Shown here one piece after another: positions 28,459-38,545 of a DNA stretch of 64,000 bases. The notes beneath the pieces were generated by a model that searched no databases, was not told the DNA's origin, and was given only the letters and a program-made list of their open reading frames with translations. The stretch covers positions 1-64,000 of the forward strand of contig CAWDVE010000009.1 in NCBI GenBank assembly GCA_963805625.1, read 5' to 3'. This DNA comes from an uncultured Candidatus Rokubacteria bacterium. GTDB lineage: Bacteria; Methylomirabilota; Methylomirabilia; Rokubacteriales; DASRDR01. Within the stretch, counting starts at the first letter, position 1, and each line of letters begins with the position of its first letter. The position numbers were made by a program, and so were the translations under genes.

Positions 28459-29289
28459 TCACAGCCGGAGCCCCGACACCACGTAGCGCTGCGCGAAGAG
28501 CGTGACCACCAGCGCCGGGATCATCGCCATCACCGCGGTCGCGCTCATGAGGTGCCACTCGACCCCGAGCTCGTGCACGAACTGCGCCATGGTGACGGTC
28601 AGGAGCGGCATCCGGCTCCCCGTCAGGATCAGCGCGAACAGGAACTCGTTCCACGTGAACAGCCAGCACAGGATCCCGAGCGCCATGATACCCGGCCGAG
28701 CCTGCGGCAGGATGATGCGCAGGAACGCGCCCCAGTGGGAGCACCCGTCGAGGTAGGCCGCCTGCTCGAGCTCCGGCTCCACGCCGTCGAAGAACCCCTT
28801 CATCACCCAGCTGAAGAAGCAGACGTGCACGGCCACGTGGGGCAGCAGGAGCCCGAGGTAGGTGTCGTAGAGGCCGAGGGACTGGGTGAGGAGATAGAGC
28901 GGCATCACCCAGGTGATGTACGGCACCGTCCGGAAGAGGTAGATGGCCGTGAACCAGATCTTGTTCGTCGCGCCCTTGAAGCGGGACAGCATGTAGCCGC
29001 TCATCACGGTCACCTGGAGCGAGAAAAACGTCGCCAGCACGGCGAGAATCGCGCTGTTGAGAAACGACTCCTGGATCTTCGGCGACCGCCAGGCCTTCGC
29101 GAAGTTGACCAGCGTGAGGTGGGTCCCTCGGTGGACGTAGAACACCTCGGACTCCGGCCGGAGAGCGGTGAGCGTCAGCCAGAAGACCGGGAAGAGGAAC
29201 AGGCCAAGCACCCCGACCAAGGCGAGGCCGACGAAGGCCTTTTGCCATCCCTCCCTCAGGGCCCCGCCAGCGCCCGGCCGGGCGGTCAC
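28459..29289 (-). CDS. Carbohydrate ABC permease (MalG-like)
   Basis: ELEQAAYLDG (EAA loop), WNEFLFALIL; GTGA overlap with the upstream permease. Confidence 0.9.
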   Translation of the reverse strand: MTARPGAGGALREGWQKAFVGLALVGVLGLFLFPVFWLTLTALRPESEVFYVHRGTHLTLVNFAKAWRSPKIQESFLNSAILAVLATFFSLQVTVMSGYMLSRFKGATNKIWFTAIYLFRTVPYITWVMPLYLLTQSLGLYDTYLGLLLPHVAVHVCFFSWVMKGFFDGVEPELEQAAYLDGCSHWGAFLRIILPQARPGIMALGILCWLFTWNEFLFALILTGSRMPLLTVTMAQFVHELGVEWHLMSATAVMAMIPALVVTLFAQRYVVSGLRL

Positions 29290-30230
29290 CGTGACACCTC
29301 CGTGACCCGGCGGAGGCCCCAGTAGAGCACAACCCCCACGGCCATGATGATGACCGCGCCGATGAGGGAGGCGGCCGCCCCCCGGTCCAGGTTCAGGAAG
29401 ACGAACGCCTCCTTGTACGCGTAGATGCTGAACACCTCGGTCGCCCGGCCCGGCTCGCCCTTCGTGATGGTCCACACCGTGTCGAACACGCGGAAGGCGT
29501 CGATCGACCGGATCACGATCGCCACGAGCAGCACCGGCCGGAGGAGCGGCAGGGTCACGTTCCGGAAGATCTGCCAGGCGTTGGCGCCGTCGACGCGGGC
29601 CGCCTCGAACGGATCTCGCGGCAGGGACTCGAGCGCGGCCAGGATGATGATCACGTAGAACGGCGTCTGGAGCCAGACGTCCGTCAGGACGACGATGCAG
29701 AGGCTGAGCCACGGCTTGACGAGCCACGCGACCGGGGGGAACCCGAGCGTCGTGACGATCGCGTTCGCGACCCCGAATTGGTCGTTGAAGATCCACGCGA
29801 TCATGATCGACGCGACCACGGGCGCCACCATGAGCGGGAAGATGATCAGCGTCCGCACCAGGGTGCGGCCCGGGAACGGCTGCTTCAGCAGCATGGCGAT
29901 CGCCAGACCGAGCACCACGCCCCCTGCGACCGAGGCGAGCATGAAGAAGAAGGTGTTCGGGAGGACGACCCACAGGAACTGCGCGTCGGAAAGGATGCGC
30001 TGGAAATTCCGCAGCCCGATGAAGGGGTGCTCCTCATCGGTCAGGGAGAACCGCCGGAGACTCGCGTCCACGCCCATCAGGATGGGCAGGACCTGGAACA
30101 GAAGGAGAATGAGCGCGGCCGGCGCGATCAGCGTCAGCGCGAAGTAGCGACGCTGCCGGAACAAGGACACGGCGGCCGCGCCGCTCGGCGGGCCGCCGCG
30201 CCTCAGGGTATCGTCGTGGACCTCGGTCAC
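29286..30230 (-). CDS. Carbohydrate ABC permease (MalF-like)
   Basis: FIGLRNF, FEAARVDGANAWQIF, TLPLLRP, FRVFD. Confidence 0.92.
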   Translation of the reverse strand: MTEVHDDTLRRGGPPSGAAAVSLFRQRRYFALTLIAPAALILLLFQVLPILMGVDASLRRFSLTDEEHPFIGLRNFQRILSDAQFLWVVLPNTFFFMLASVAGGVVLGLAIAMLLKQPFPGRTLVRTLIIFPLMVAPVVASIMIAWIFNDQFGVANAIVTTLGFPPVAWLVKPWLSLCIVVLTDVWLQTPFYVIIILAALESLPRDPFEAARVDGANAWQIFRNVTLPLLRPVLLVAIVIRSIDAFRVFDTVWTITKGEPGRATEVFSIYAYKEAFVFLNLDRGAAASLIGAVIIMAVGVVLYWGLRRVTEVSR

Positions 30231-30315
30231 GTGTCCGTCAGGGCCAGAGCATTCGGCGCTTCGCCGGCATCTCCTCCCGGGCGTTGATCCGACACCGAGG
30301 CCGGTCCATGCGCCC

Positions 30316-31635
30316 CTACTTCCTCATGATCTCGGACAGCTTCTGGGCGCCCTCCGACAGGACCTTCGGGATGTCCTCGCGCTTGCCGATGAGCGCCTTC
30401 GACGCGATGTCGGAGAAGGTCGCGTGCACCTCGGGCCACTGCTTGAAGTAGTACGCCGGCACGATGTGGTACGGCGCGTCGATCAGGGTCGCCTTCAGCT
30501 GGGCGAACAGCGGCTCCTCCTTCGCGAGCGCCTGCTGCACCTTGGTGATCGGGGGGATGCCCGCGGTCGACTTGAAGATGTCGCGCTGGACCTCCTCGCT
30601 CTCCCCCATCCATTCCAGGAGCTCCTTGGCGAGTTTCTTCTGCTCCGGCGCGTTCGCCTTCGGGATGGCCCAGAACCATGCCGCGCGCCAGGCGAGCCCC
30701 TTCCGGGTCGAGCTCGGGCCCAGCGGGAACTTCCCCATCGCCACCTTCCCCGCCACCTTGGACGCGGCGGGGTCGTTGTACTTGCCGTACAGCGGGGTGT
30801 CGTTCATCGTCATGAACGACTCGCCGGCCATGAAGATCCCGTCCGACTCCGTCCGCGTGTAGCTGACGAGTGCCGGGGGCGAGATCTTGTGGACGTTGAT
30901 GTTGTCCCACCAGAACTCGATCGCCTCGCGCGCGCACTTCTCGCCGAGCATGCTCTTCCAGTCGTTCTTCGCGAGGACGTCGTTGTCCCGCTCGTTGTAG
31001 GGCGAGAAGAGGTCGCAGTCGTTCGTCCACAGCGACCAGAGGAGGGTGAACCACGTGTGCGGGTACTTGAGCCCGCCCACGAAGCCCCACTTGACCTTCC
31101 CCTCCTTCTGCAGCTTCTGGGACACACGGACGAGATCCGCCCAGGTCTTCGGATACTCCGCCTCGGCGATGAGATCCTTCCGGTAGAAGAAGACCCCGAG
31201 CGTCTCGTTGAACGGCACGGCCGTGGCAGCGCGCTTCCCGTCCGGCTGCTTCCACAGCATGGCCTGGTCGATGAGAATCTTCCGATCCATCGCGTTCAGG
31301 ATCTTGAGGTCCTCGACCGGCTCCAGGAACGCGCCCCACAGCTGGCCCCAGTCGTCGTTGTGCCAGATGATGTCGTACTCCTGGGACTTCCCCAGGAAGC
31401 TCGCCGTCAGCTTTTCGACATACACCTCGTAGGAGATCGGGGTGGGCTTGATCTCCACGCCCTTCATCTCGCCCCACTTCTTCATCCACTTGAGCTGCTG
31501 CTCGTGGATCGGATGGGGCATGTAGGCGATCGAGAGCTTGCCCGCGGCCAGCGCGGGCCCGGCGAGCAGCAAGAGCCACGCCCCCGCGGCCAGCGCCGCG
31601 AGCGTCCGGAACGCATTCACTCGGAGCCTCGTCAT
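30316..31635 (-). CDS. Sugar-type ABC extracellular solute-binding protein
   Basis: Signal peptide; FFYRKDL, PKTWADL; adjacent to MalF/G-type permeases. Confidence 0.88.
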   Translation of the reverse strand: MTRLRVNAFRTLAALAAGAWLLLLAGPALAAGKLSIAYMPHPIHEQQLKWMKKWGEMKGVEIKPTPISYEVYVEKLTASFLGKSQEYDIIWHNDDWGQLWGAFLEPVEDLKILNAMDRKILIDQAMLWKQPDGKRAATAVPFNETLGVFFYRKDLIAEAEYPKTWADLVRVSQKLQKEGKVKWGFVGGLKYPHTWFTLLWSLWTNDCDLFSPYNERDNDVLAKNDWKSMLGEKCAREAIEFWWDNINVHKISPPALVSYTRTESDGIFMAGESFMTMNDTPLYGKYNDPAASKVAGKVAMGKFPLGPSSTRKGLAWRAAWFWAIPKANAPEQKKLAKELLEWMGESEEVQRDIFKSTAGIPPITKVQQALAKEEPLFAQLKATLIDAPYHIVPAYYFKQWPEVHATFSDIASKALIGKREDIPKVLSEGAQKLSEIMRK

Positions 31636-31751
31636 GCTGCACCCTCCCCTCAGCTTGAGCCAGCTTCGGTCGGCCTTGACGCGAGACGCCGCAACGGGAC
31701 GCCGGTCGGGTGGCGGCCCGGGCGGAACCCTGTCAGGGAATCCCTGGCCGG

Positions 31752-31780
31752 ACTCTAGGCAGCCCTCGCGGGGTTGTCAA
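31752..31780 (-). promoter_or_regulatory. Sigma70-like promoter of the sugar ABC operon
   Basis: TTGACA-17 bp-TAGAGT on the minus strand. Confidence 0.65.
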
Positions 31781-31863
31781 TGGGTCGGGCGCCGGGCGCG
31801 GACGGGCCGGCGCGCGGCATCACTGGACAATCGGCTCGGCGCTCGTCCGGCCCGAGCCGCACG

Positions 31864-32646
31864 TCAGTGCATCCAGAGGCCGCCGGTGACGTTGACGGCC
31901 TGGCCGGTCATGTAGCGCGCGTCGTCGGATACGAGGAAGGCGACCACGCCGGCGACGTCCTCCGGCTCCGCGAGCCGGCCCATCGGGATCCAGCCGACGC
32001 GGTCAGCCGAGGTCGGGCGTCCGAGCGCGCGGGACTCCGCGTCCACCTGCGCCCGCATCTCGGTGCCCGCCACGATGCCGGGGCAGACGGCGTTGACCCG
32101 GATGCCCCGGGGCGCGACCTCCTTGGCCAGGGACTGCGTCAGGCCGATCACGGCGAACTTCGAGGCGCAGTAGGGGCCGAAGTACGGCGCGCCCGCCTTC
32201 CCGCTCCAGGACGCGAGGTTGACGATGTTGCCGCGTCCCCGCGCGAGCATGTGCGGGAGCACGGCCTGGCTGCAGAAGAAGACGCCGTCCACATTGAGCC
32301 GGAACGTCGCGCGCCAGTCGGCCTCGGAGAACTCGGCGATCGCCCCGAGCCGGCAGAGGCCGGCGTTGTTGACCAGGAGGTCGACGGCGCCGAACGCCTC
32401 GAGCGTCTCCGCCACCATGCGGTGGGCGGCCTCGCGATCGCCGACATCGGCGACGACGGCGGCGCTGCGGGCGCCTGCTGCCGCGACTTCGCGTGCGACC
32501 CCAGTGGCGCGGGCCGGCTCGACGTCGTTGACCGCGACGGCCCAGCCGTCACGGGCCAGCCGGAGCGCGATCGCGCGACCGATGCCCATGCCCGCGCCGG
32601 TGATCAGGGCGGTGCCCGGCGCGGCGGACGGGGACGGCGCGCTCAT
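31864..32646 (-). CDS. SDR oxidoreductase
   Basis: TGAGMGIG, NNAG, YCASK, NAVCPG. Confidence 0.93.
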   Translation of the reverse strand: MSAPSPSAAPGTALITGAGMGIGRAIALRLARDGWAVAVNDVEPARATGVAREVAAAGARSAAVVADVGDREAAHRMVAETLEAFGAVDLLVNNAGLCRLGAIAEFSEADWRATFRLNVDGVFFCSQAVLPHMLARGRGNIVNLASWSGKAGAPYFGPYCASKFAVIGLTQSLAKEVAPRGIRVNAVCPGIVAGTEMRAQVDAESRALGRPTSADRVGWIPMGRLAEPEDVAGVVAFLVSDDARYMTGQAVNVTGGLWMH

Positions 32647-32652
32647 CGCCGC

Positions 32653-33849
32653 TCAGATGACCCGCTGGTCGCGAAGGCGCTGCACGTCCCCGGCGGGGTA
32701 GCCGAGCTCCCTCAGGATCTCCTCGGCGTGCTCCCCGGGCATGGGCGGCGGCCGGCGGACGCCCGCCCGTCCCGACGAGAACTCCACCGGGAAGCGGAGG
32801 AGCCGCACTCGCCCGGCGACGGGATGATCGATCTCCTCGACCGCGTCCGACGCCTGGACCGCGGGGTCGGCGAAGGCCTCCTCGTGCGTCCGGATCGGCG
32901 CCACCCAGACGCCCCGGGGCACGAGGAAGTCGATCCACTCCTGCGTGGTGCGCCCCCGCATCACGGGCTCGACGATGCGGGCGATCTCCTCGCGGGCCGG
33001 GAAATTGTGCGCGACCGTGGCGTAGGGTGCCAGCGCCGGCAGGTCGAGCGCGTCCTGGAGAGCCTTGAGCGGTGACATCGACAGGACGAGCCAGCCGTCC
33101 CGGGTCTCGTAGCACCCGTAGGGGCCGGGGTGAAACATGCTCGCGAGGCTCGTCGGGCTCTTCGCGAGTCGCGCACCATTCAGGAAGTACGTGACGATCT
33201 CGAGCTGGAGATCGAACGCCGCCCGCAGCATGCTCACCTCGACGTGGACCCCCTGGCCCGTGCGCGCGCGCTCGAGGAGCGCGGCCAGCACGCCCATCGC
33301 CAGGAGGGTCGCCCCGTGCTGGTCGACGACGGCCGTGCCGACAGGGGTGGGCGGCTGCCCCGCGCGGCCCGAGATGCTCGCGAGGCCCGAGAGCGCCTGG
33401 AGCAGGAGGTCCTGCCCCGGGCGGTCGCGGTAGGGGCTCGACTCGCCATATCCGGAGGCCGAGACGTAGACGAGCCGCGGGTTCCAGGCCCGGGCCGTCT
33501 CCCAGCCGAGACCGAGACGCGCCATCACGCCCGGCCGGAAGTTCTGGACCAGAACGTCGGCGCCCTCGACGAGGCGCCGCGCGATGGCCAGGCCGTCGGG
33601 GTGCTTCAGGTCCAGGGTCAGGCTCCGCTGGTTGCGGTGCGTGGACAGAAAGAAGGCGCTGACGCCGTTCAGGTAGAGGTCGGTGCCCGCCCAGTTACGC
33701 TCCCAGAGCGTTCCGCCCGGGGGCTCGATCTTGATCACGTCGGCGCCCAGGTCCGCGATGAACTGGACACCCGAGGGGCCGAGCAGAAACTGGGTGAAGC
33801 TCAGCACCCGCACACCCGACAGCACGGAGAGCGGCGGCCGCCCGTCCAT
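32653..33849 (-). CDS. Family III CoA-transferase (CaiB/BaiF)
   Basis: DLGADVIKIEPP, HRNQRSLTLDLK, NFRPG, SGYGESSPY, VVDQHG. Confidence 0.93.
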   Translation of the reverse strand: MDGRPPLSVLSGVRVLSFTQFLLGPSGVQFIADLGADVIKIEPPGGTLWERNWAGTDLYLNGVSAFFLSTHRNQRSLTLDLKHPDGLAIARRLVEGADVLVQNFRPGVMARLGLGWETARAWNPRLVYVSASGYGESSPYRDRPGQDLLLQALSGLASISGRAGQPPTPVGTAVVDQHGATLLAMGVLAALLERARTGQGVHVEVSMLRAAFDLQLEIVTYFLNGARLAKSPTSLASMFHPGPYGCYETRDGWLVLSMSPLKALQDALDLPALAPYATVAHNFPAREEIARIVEPVMRGRTTQEWIDFLVPRGVWVAPIRTHEEAFADPAVQASDAVEEIDHPVAGRVRLLRFPVEFSSGRAGVRRPPPMPGEHAEEILRELGYPAGDVQRLRDQRVI

Positions 33850-33852
33850 GGA

Positions 33853-34596
33853 TCAGCGCTTGAAGAAGGCCTGCATCGCGCGCCGTGGCTCTCCGGTGGC
33901 ATAGGCACGGGCGAAGGCATCCATCGAAAGCGTGACGGCCGTATCCAGATCCACGCGACGCCAGCGCGCGAGCAAGGCCTTCTGGAGCCGGAGCGCGTCG
34001 GCCGGGAGCGCGAGCAACCGATCGACCCAAACCTCCACCTCCCGGTCGAGGGCGTCCTCCGTGACCGCCTGGTTGACCAGTCCCCAGCGCTCCGCTTCGG
34101 TGGCCTCCACGGGCCGGCCGCCGAGCAGGAGCTCGGCGGTGCGCCCCCAGCCGATCAGACCGGGCAGGAGCGCCGCCTGGATCACGGACGGGATGCCCAC
34201 GGTGATCTCGGGCATGCCGAGCCGGCACGAGGCGGCGGCGATCCTCAGATCGCAGGCCAGCACCAGCTCGAGGGCGCCGCCGAGCACGTGGCCGTGAAGC
34301 CGCGCGATCGTGGGAACGGGGACCTCCTCGAGGGCACGGATCGTGGTACGGAGCGCGTCGATGAGCGTCCGCGCCCCGGTCGCGTCGAGATCCCGCATCG
34401 CCGCCACGTCGACTCCCGCCGAGAACGCGCGGCCCGATCCCCCCAGGACAACGACGCGCAGCCCGGGGTCGGCGCCGAGCTCGCGGAAGGCGACGCCGAG
34501 GGTGTCGATGAGGCCCGGCGTGAGGACGTTGAGGGGCGAGCGGTCGAGCGTGAGGCGCGCGACCCCGCCCTCGCGCGCGATGCGAAGCTCAGCCAC
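33853..34596 (-). CDS. Enoyl-CoA hydratase/isomerase
   Basis: FSAGVD, GGALELVLACD, MPEITVGI. Confidence 0.92.
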   Translation of the reverse strand: MAELRIAREGGVARLTLDRSPLNVLTPGLIDTLGVAFRELGADPGLRVVVLGGSGRAFSAGVDVAAMRDLDATGARTLIDALRTTIRALEEVPVPTIARLHGHVLGGALELVLACDLRIAAASCRLGMPEITVGIPSVIQAALLPGLIGWGRTAELLLGGRPVEATEAERWGLVNQAVTEDALDREVEVWVDRLLALPADALRLQKALLARWRRVDLDTAVTLSMDAFARAYATGEPRRAMQAFFKR

Positions 34597-34602
34597 GCGG
34601 CG

Positions 34603-34926
34603 CTAGTAACGGCCCACCGCCGGGTCCACTTCGGCCGCCCAGCCGTCGATCCCGCCGCTCAGGTTCACGGCCGGGATGCCCTGGCGACGAAGCCACTGGA
34701 CGACGGCGGCGGAACGCTGCCCGTGGTGGCAGTGCACGACGATCTCGCGCCCGGGATCCAGCTCGCCGACGCGGGCGACGAGCTGGTCCATGGGGATGAG
34801 CCGCGCCCCCGGGATCGCGCACAGCTCGTGCTCCCAGGGCTCGCGAACGTCCAGGATCGCGGTGGGCTCGCCAGCGTCGAGCCGGCGCTTGAGCTCGGAT
34901 GGCGGGATCTCGGCGTAGGGTTCCAC
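34603..34926 (-). CDS. Single-domain rhodanese
   Basis: LDVREPWE, CHHGQRS active loop, NLSGGIDGW. Confidence 0.92.
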   Translation of the reverse strand: MEPYAEIPPSELKRRLDAGEPTAILDVREPWEHELCAIPGARLIPMDQLVARVGELDPGREIVVHCHHGQRSAAVVQWLRRQGIPAVNLSGGIDGWAAEVDPAVGRY

Positions 34927-34997
34927 GAGGCCGGAGTGTACCGCGCGTCCCGACGAGCGCCAAGCGGGCCCGGAGAAGCCGGCCCCGGCGCCGGCCT

Positions 34998-36047
34998 TCA
35001 GAGGCCGGCGGGCAAGGGAACCCGGAAGCGAGCGGCGACGCTGCGGAGGTTCTCCACCGTTCCGGTCGGCAGCGGGATTCCCCGCCGACGCCGCTCGTCC
35101 GTCGAGCGGTCTTCCGGCTCGCCGGGAACGAGGACCTCCGCGACCCCCTCCGCCCGTGGCAGGGCTCTCAGACCGTCGATCAGCCGATCCACCTCGGCGC
35201 GATACGCGGCGAGGTCGGTGAAGGCCCCGATGTCGATGGCCGCGACCACGCTGTTCTGGCGGTGGCGGCCAGCCCCGGCCTCCCCGGAGAGCGCCGGACC
35301 GAGGAGCGGGTTACCCACCATCAGGCTGGTCAGGGTCTCGAACATCATGGCGAGCCCCGAGCCCTTGGGGCCGCCGAACGGCAGGAGGATCTTCGCCCGG
35401 TTCGCGTCGGTCGTCGGCTGTCCGGCCTCGTCGAGAGCCCACCCGGGCGGCAGCGGAACGCCCTTGTCGCGCGCCAGGCTGAGCTTCCCGCCCGCCGCCA
35501 CGCTCGTCGCCATGTCGACGCAGAGGGGGCGGTGCCGGCCGGCCGGGACGGCGATCGCGATGGGACTGTTGTGCACGCCCGCAGTGCGGGCGCCGAACGG
35601 CGCCATGTTCGGCGGGCTGCACACGATGGCGATCCCCGCCATCCCGGCCTCCACCGCCATGAGCGCGTAGTACGCCATCGCCCCCTGGTGCGTCGTGTTG
35701 CGGATGACCGCCCAGCCGATGCCGGCCGCGCGGGCCTTGTCGATTGCGCGCCGCATGGCAACCGTCGTGACCACGGGACCGAGGGCATGGTCACCATCGA
35801 TCAGCACCGTGGCGGCCGTCTCCTTCTCCACGCGAATCGTCGGCCGCGGGTTCATATCACCCTGGGCGATCAGGTCCACGTACCAGGGGATCCGAAGCAC
35901 TCCGTGGGAGTCGACGCCCCGGAGGTTCGCCCACACGAGGACCTCGGCCTCGAGGGCCGCATCCTCAGACGGCACCCCCGCGGCAATGAACACGCCCTTG
36001 GTGAACTCCTGGAGCTCCGCCGCCGGGACTCGCGTCTCGTCCGTCAT
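34998..36047 (-). CDS. Ldh_2-family oxidoreductase (malate/sulfolactate/ureidoglycolate dehydrogenase-like)
   Basis: RGVDSHG, NTTHQG, DMATS, GGPKGSGL, LVPGEPE. Confidence 0.92.
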   Translation of the reverse strand: MTDETRVPAAELQEFTKGVFIAAGVPSEDAALEAEVLVWANLRGVDSHGVLRIPWYVDLIAQGDMNPRPTIRVEKETAATVLIDGDHALGPVVTTVAMRRAIDKARAAGIGWAVIRNTTHQGAMAYYALMAVEAGMAGIAIVCSPPNMAPFGARTAGVHNSPIAIAVPAGRHRPLCVDMATSVAAGGKLSLARDKGVPLPPGWALDEAGQPTTDANRAKILLPFGGPKGSGLAMMFETLTSLMVGNPLLGPALSGEAGAGRHRQNSVVAAIDIGAFTDLAAYRAEVDRLIDGLRALPRAEGVAEVLVPGEPEDRSTDERRRRGIPLPTGTVENLRSVAARFRVPLPAGL

Positions 36048-36059
36048 GCCGCCCGCGCC

Positions 36060-37073
36060 TCAGGCCGGCGCGGCGCCCGGATCGAGGAGCCGCGCGAGCG
36101 GCGCCCGGAACGGGAAGACGCCAAATCCGCCACCCGTGTGGAGAAAGAGGACCCGGCGTCCCAGGAGGCCGGGCGTGCGCCGCGCGGTGTCCTGGAGCGC
36201 CAGGAACGCCTTGGCTGTGTACACCGGATCCAGCAACAGCCCGTCGCGCGCGGCTCGGGCAACGACGGCGAGCTCCTCGGGCCGCACACCCGCGCGGCCG
36301 TCGCCCTGGTACCCGTCGAGAAGGCGGATGGCGTCGCGCTCGACGTGGACGTCTGCTCCGATGCGGGCCGCCGACTTCCGCACGGTCGCCCAGACCGAGG
36401 CCCGGATCGTCCCGGCGTCGAACTGGACGGGCACACCCCAGATCTCGGCGCGGAGCCCGAAGAGTGCCTTGCCGAGGTGGAGACCCGCCAGGGTACCCCC
36501 GCTCCAGACGGCGACCACGATCGCATCCGGGGAGGCGAGAAGGCCGGCCGCGATCTGCGTCTGGAGCTCCTCGACCGCCGCCGCGTAGCCGAGCGCCCCG
36601 AGCTCGTTCGAGCCCGACTCCGGGATGATGTAGGGACGGCCGCCTGTCCGTCGGACCTCCTCGGCCAGGCGCGCGAAGAGGCCCTCCGGGCTGTCCACGG
36701 CCTCGGGCGGCACGAACACGGCGCGGGCGCCGAACAGCTCCGCGAGGAAGAGGTTGCCGTCGGGCACCTCCGGGGCAGTCCCTCGAAGCCCGAGCACGCA
36801 GCCGAGCCCCAAGCGAGCCGCAACGACCGCCGTGGCCCGCGCGCAGTTCGACTGGAGCGCCCCCACCGTGATCAAGGTGTCCGCGCCCTGCTCGAGGGCA
36901 TCGTGCACCAGGAACTCGAGCTTGCGCACCTTGTTGCCGCTCTCGGCGAACCCCGTGAGGTCGTCCCGCTTCACGCTCAGCTCGAGCCCGAGCGCGGCCC
37001 CGAGACGGGGCAGCGGCTGGATCGGAGTGGGAGACGCGGCAAGAGAGACCCGGCCGGGCAGCTTCGCACCCAT
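36060..37073 (-). CDS. D-cysteine desulfhydrase/ACC deaminase family PLP enzyme
   Basis: KRDDLTG, GNKVRKLEF, QSNCAR, LDPVYTAKA, FLHTGG. Confidence 0.92.
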   Translation of the reverse strand: MGAKLPGRVSLAASPTPIQPLPRLGAALGLELSVKRDDLTGFAESGNKVRKLEFLVHDALEQGADTLITVGALQSNCARATAVVAARLGLGCVLGLRGTAPEVPDGNLFLAELFGARAVFVPPEAVDSPEGLFARLAEEVRRTGGRPYIIPESGSNELGALGYAAAVEELQTQIAAGLLASPDAIVVAVWSGGTLAGLHLGKALFGLRAEIWGVPVQFDAGTIRASVWATVRKSAARIGADVHVERDAIRLLDGYQGDGRAGVRPEELAVVARAARDGLLLDPVYTAKAFLALQDTARRTPGLLGRRVLFLHTGGGFGVFPFRAPLARLLDPGAAPA

Positions 37074-37112
37074 CGATTTCAGCCTACCGGCAGGGCGGGG
37101 CGAGGTCACCCC

Positions 37113-37149
37113 AAAAAAGACCGGGCCCGGGAGCGTGACCCGGGCCCGG
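37113..37149 (-). terminator. Rho-independent terminator
   Basis: 11-bp stem CCGGGCCCGGG with a 7-nt loop, followed by a T6 run on the minus strand, just after the 37173 stop. Confidence 0.8.
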
Positions 37150-37172
37150 CGTCGTCAGCAGTCGGGGGAAGC

Positions 37173-37565
37173 TTACCGGCAGGCCTGCGTCCAGTAGCCC
37201 GGCACCCACTGGTAGCCGTTCCAGGCGGGGTTGACCCAGTAGTTCGAGCACACCGGCTGGTAGACGACCGGTGGAGGCTGGACGACCACCGGCGCGGGCT
37301 GGTACACCACCGGAGGCGCGGCGTAGACCCGCGGCGCGAAGATGCTGCCCACGACGATCCCGGTCACCGCGCCCACCGCGAGTCCGCCCCAGAAGGGGCC
37401 AGGGCCGCCGTAGTACCCACCGGAGCGACCATGGTAGTGGCGAGGTCCCCCCCCGTGGTTCCAGTGACGGCCAGCCGCCTCTGCCATCGGGGGCACGACC
37501 AGGAACATGGCCAGGAACCCCGCGATCAGGACTCCCGCAATCACCTTCTTCGTGAGCTTCATCAT
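37173..37565 (-). CDS. Exported Gly/Pro/Tyr-rich protein with a WxPGYW-type motif
   Basis: Signal peptide, GxxxG-rich segment, PVVYQP repeats, YQWVPGYW. Confidence 0.75.
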   Translation of the reverse strand: MMKLTKKVIAGVLIAGFLAMFLVVPPMAEAAGRHWNHGGGPRHYHGRSGGYYGGPGPFWGGLAVGAVTGIVVGSIFAPRVYAAPPVVYQPAPVVVQPPPVVYQPVCSNYWVNPAWNGYQWVPGYWTQACR

Positions 37566-37646
37566 GGCCTCCTGTTGCCGCGTTCGACGGGACCCCCGGG
37601 AACCCTATTCGGGCCGCCGGCAACCGGAGCGTCAGTCCACTGACGG

Positions 37647-38060
37647 TCAGGAGGCACCAAGGACCTTGGCCGTCCGATTCACGTCCCGGGCCTTGACCCA
37701 CAGGATGGCCCCGAATCGGCCCGCCCCGCCGATGACCGCGTCGCTGGCGGTGATGTTGATGCGCGCGGCCGCCAGCCTTTCATAGAGGTCCGCCATGACC
37801 CCGGTGCGGTCGTCCCCTTCGATGAGGAAGCCCACCTTCGGGCCGGTGACCTTCCACTTGGCCTTCCGGGCGGCCGCTCGGAAGGCGGCCGGATCCTCGG
37901 GGACGAAGTCGAGTTGCGCGCGCTTGCCCGCGGGAAACCCGGAGAAGGCCAGGAGATTGATCCCCGCCTCCTTGAGCGTCTGGAGCGCTCGGGCCCCTTC
38001 CCCGGGCGTGTCGGGCGTCATCACGTAGAAGTACTGGATCCGCCGGATCCTCTCCGCCAT
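37647..38060 (-). CDS. ACT-domain protein
   Basis: Two ACT-like repeats (PDTPGEGA..AGINL; DDRTGVMA..ARINI). Confidence 0.8.
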   Translation of the reverse strand: MAERIRRIQYFYVMTPDTPGEGARALQTLKEAGINLLAFSGFPAGKRAQLDFVPEDPAAFRAAARKAKWKVTGPKVGFLIEGDDRTGVMADLYERLAAARINITASDAVIGGAGRFGAILWVKARDVNRTAKVLGAS

Positions 38061-38126
38061 TTCACACCCCCTCGTCGCCTGGGACAACGTCGTCATGCTC
38101 GCCGGGTTCGGCGCAATTGCGCCGCC

Positions 38127-38156
38127 ACCCTACGCGACCCTCGGAGCCGCCGTCAA
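38127..38156 (-). promoter_or_regulatory. Possible sigma70 promoter for the ACT gene
   Basis: TTGACG-18 bp-TAGGGT. Confidence 0.4.
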
Positions 38157-38198
38157 GGCGCGACGGCACGGACCCGCACCCATGCTACGCTCACGCGC

Positions 38199-38463
38199 GT
38201 GCACGTGCTCCTCCTCAGCAACTCCGGGCGCCCCTACCTCGCCCACGTCCGAGTTCGGGATCGAGGAAGGCGCGATGGTCAGGGTGGAGGACCAGGTTCC
38301 CGCGGTGCGCGGGACCGGCCGAGTCAAGCTGTTCCGTCGCGGTCAGGCCCCCGTCTGGGTGCCGGCGGCTACGCCCCTGCCGCTGCCCCTCCAGTACGAG
38401 CCCGGGGTCGGGCTGGCGAGGGCTCCCGGGGGCCAGGCTTCCGCCGGCTCCCAGGGACGTTGA
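38199..38463 (+). pseudogene. pepE: Internally deleted dipeptidase E (peptidase S51) remnant
   Basis: N-terminus VHVLLLSNSGRPYLAHV joined out of frame to FGIEEGAMVRVE...GRVKLFRRGQAPVWV. These resemble the two ends of PepE; the catalytic core is absent. Confidence 0.6.
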
Positions 38464-38545
38464 ACGCGGGGTGGGTCACCCGCGTCCAACCCGGCAGCGA
38501 TCGAAACCGACAGAGCGGGCGCGGCCCGCTCGGGGAGGCCAAGAT

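Noticed and set aside
37250-37330. Short PVVYQP-coding repeats
   Set aside because: Ordinary low-complexity coding repeat, not an array
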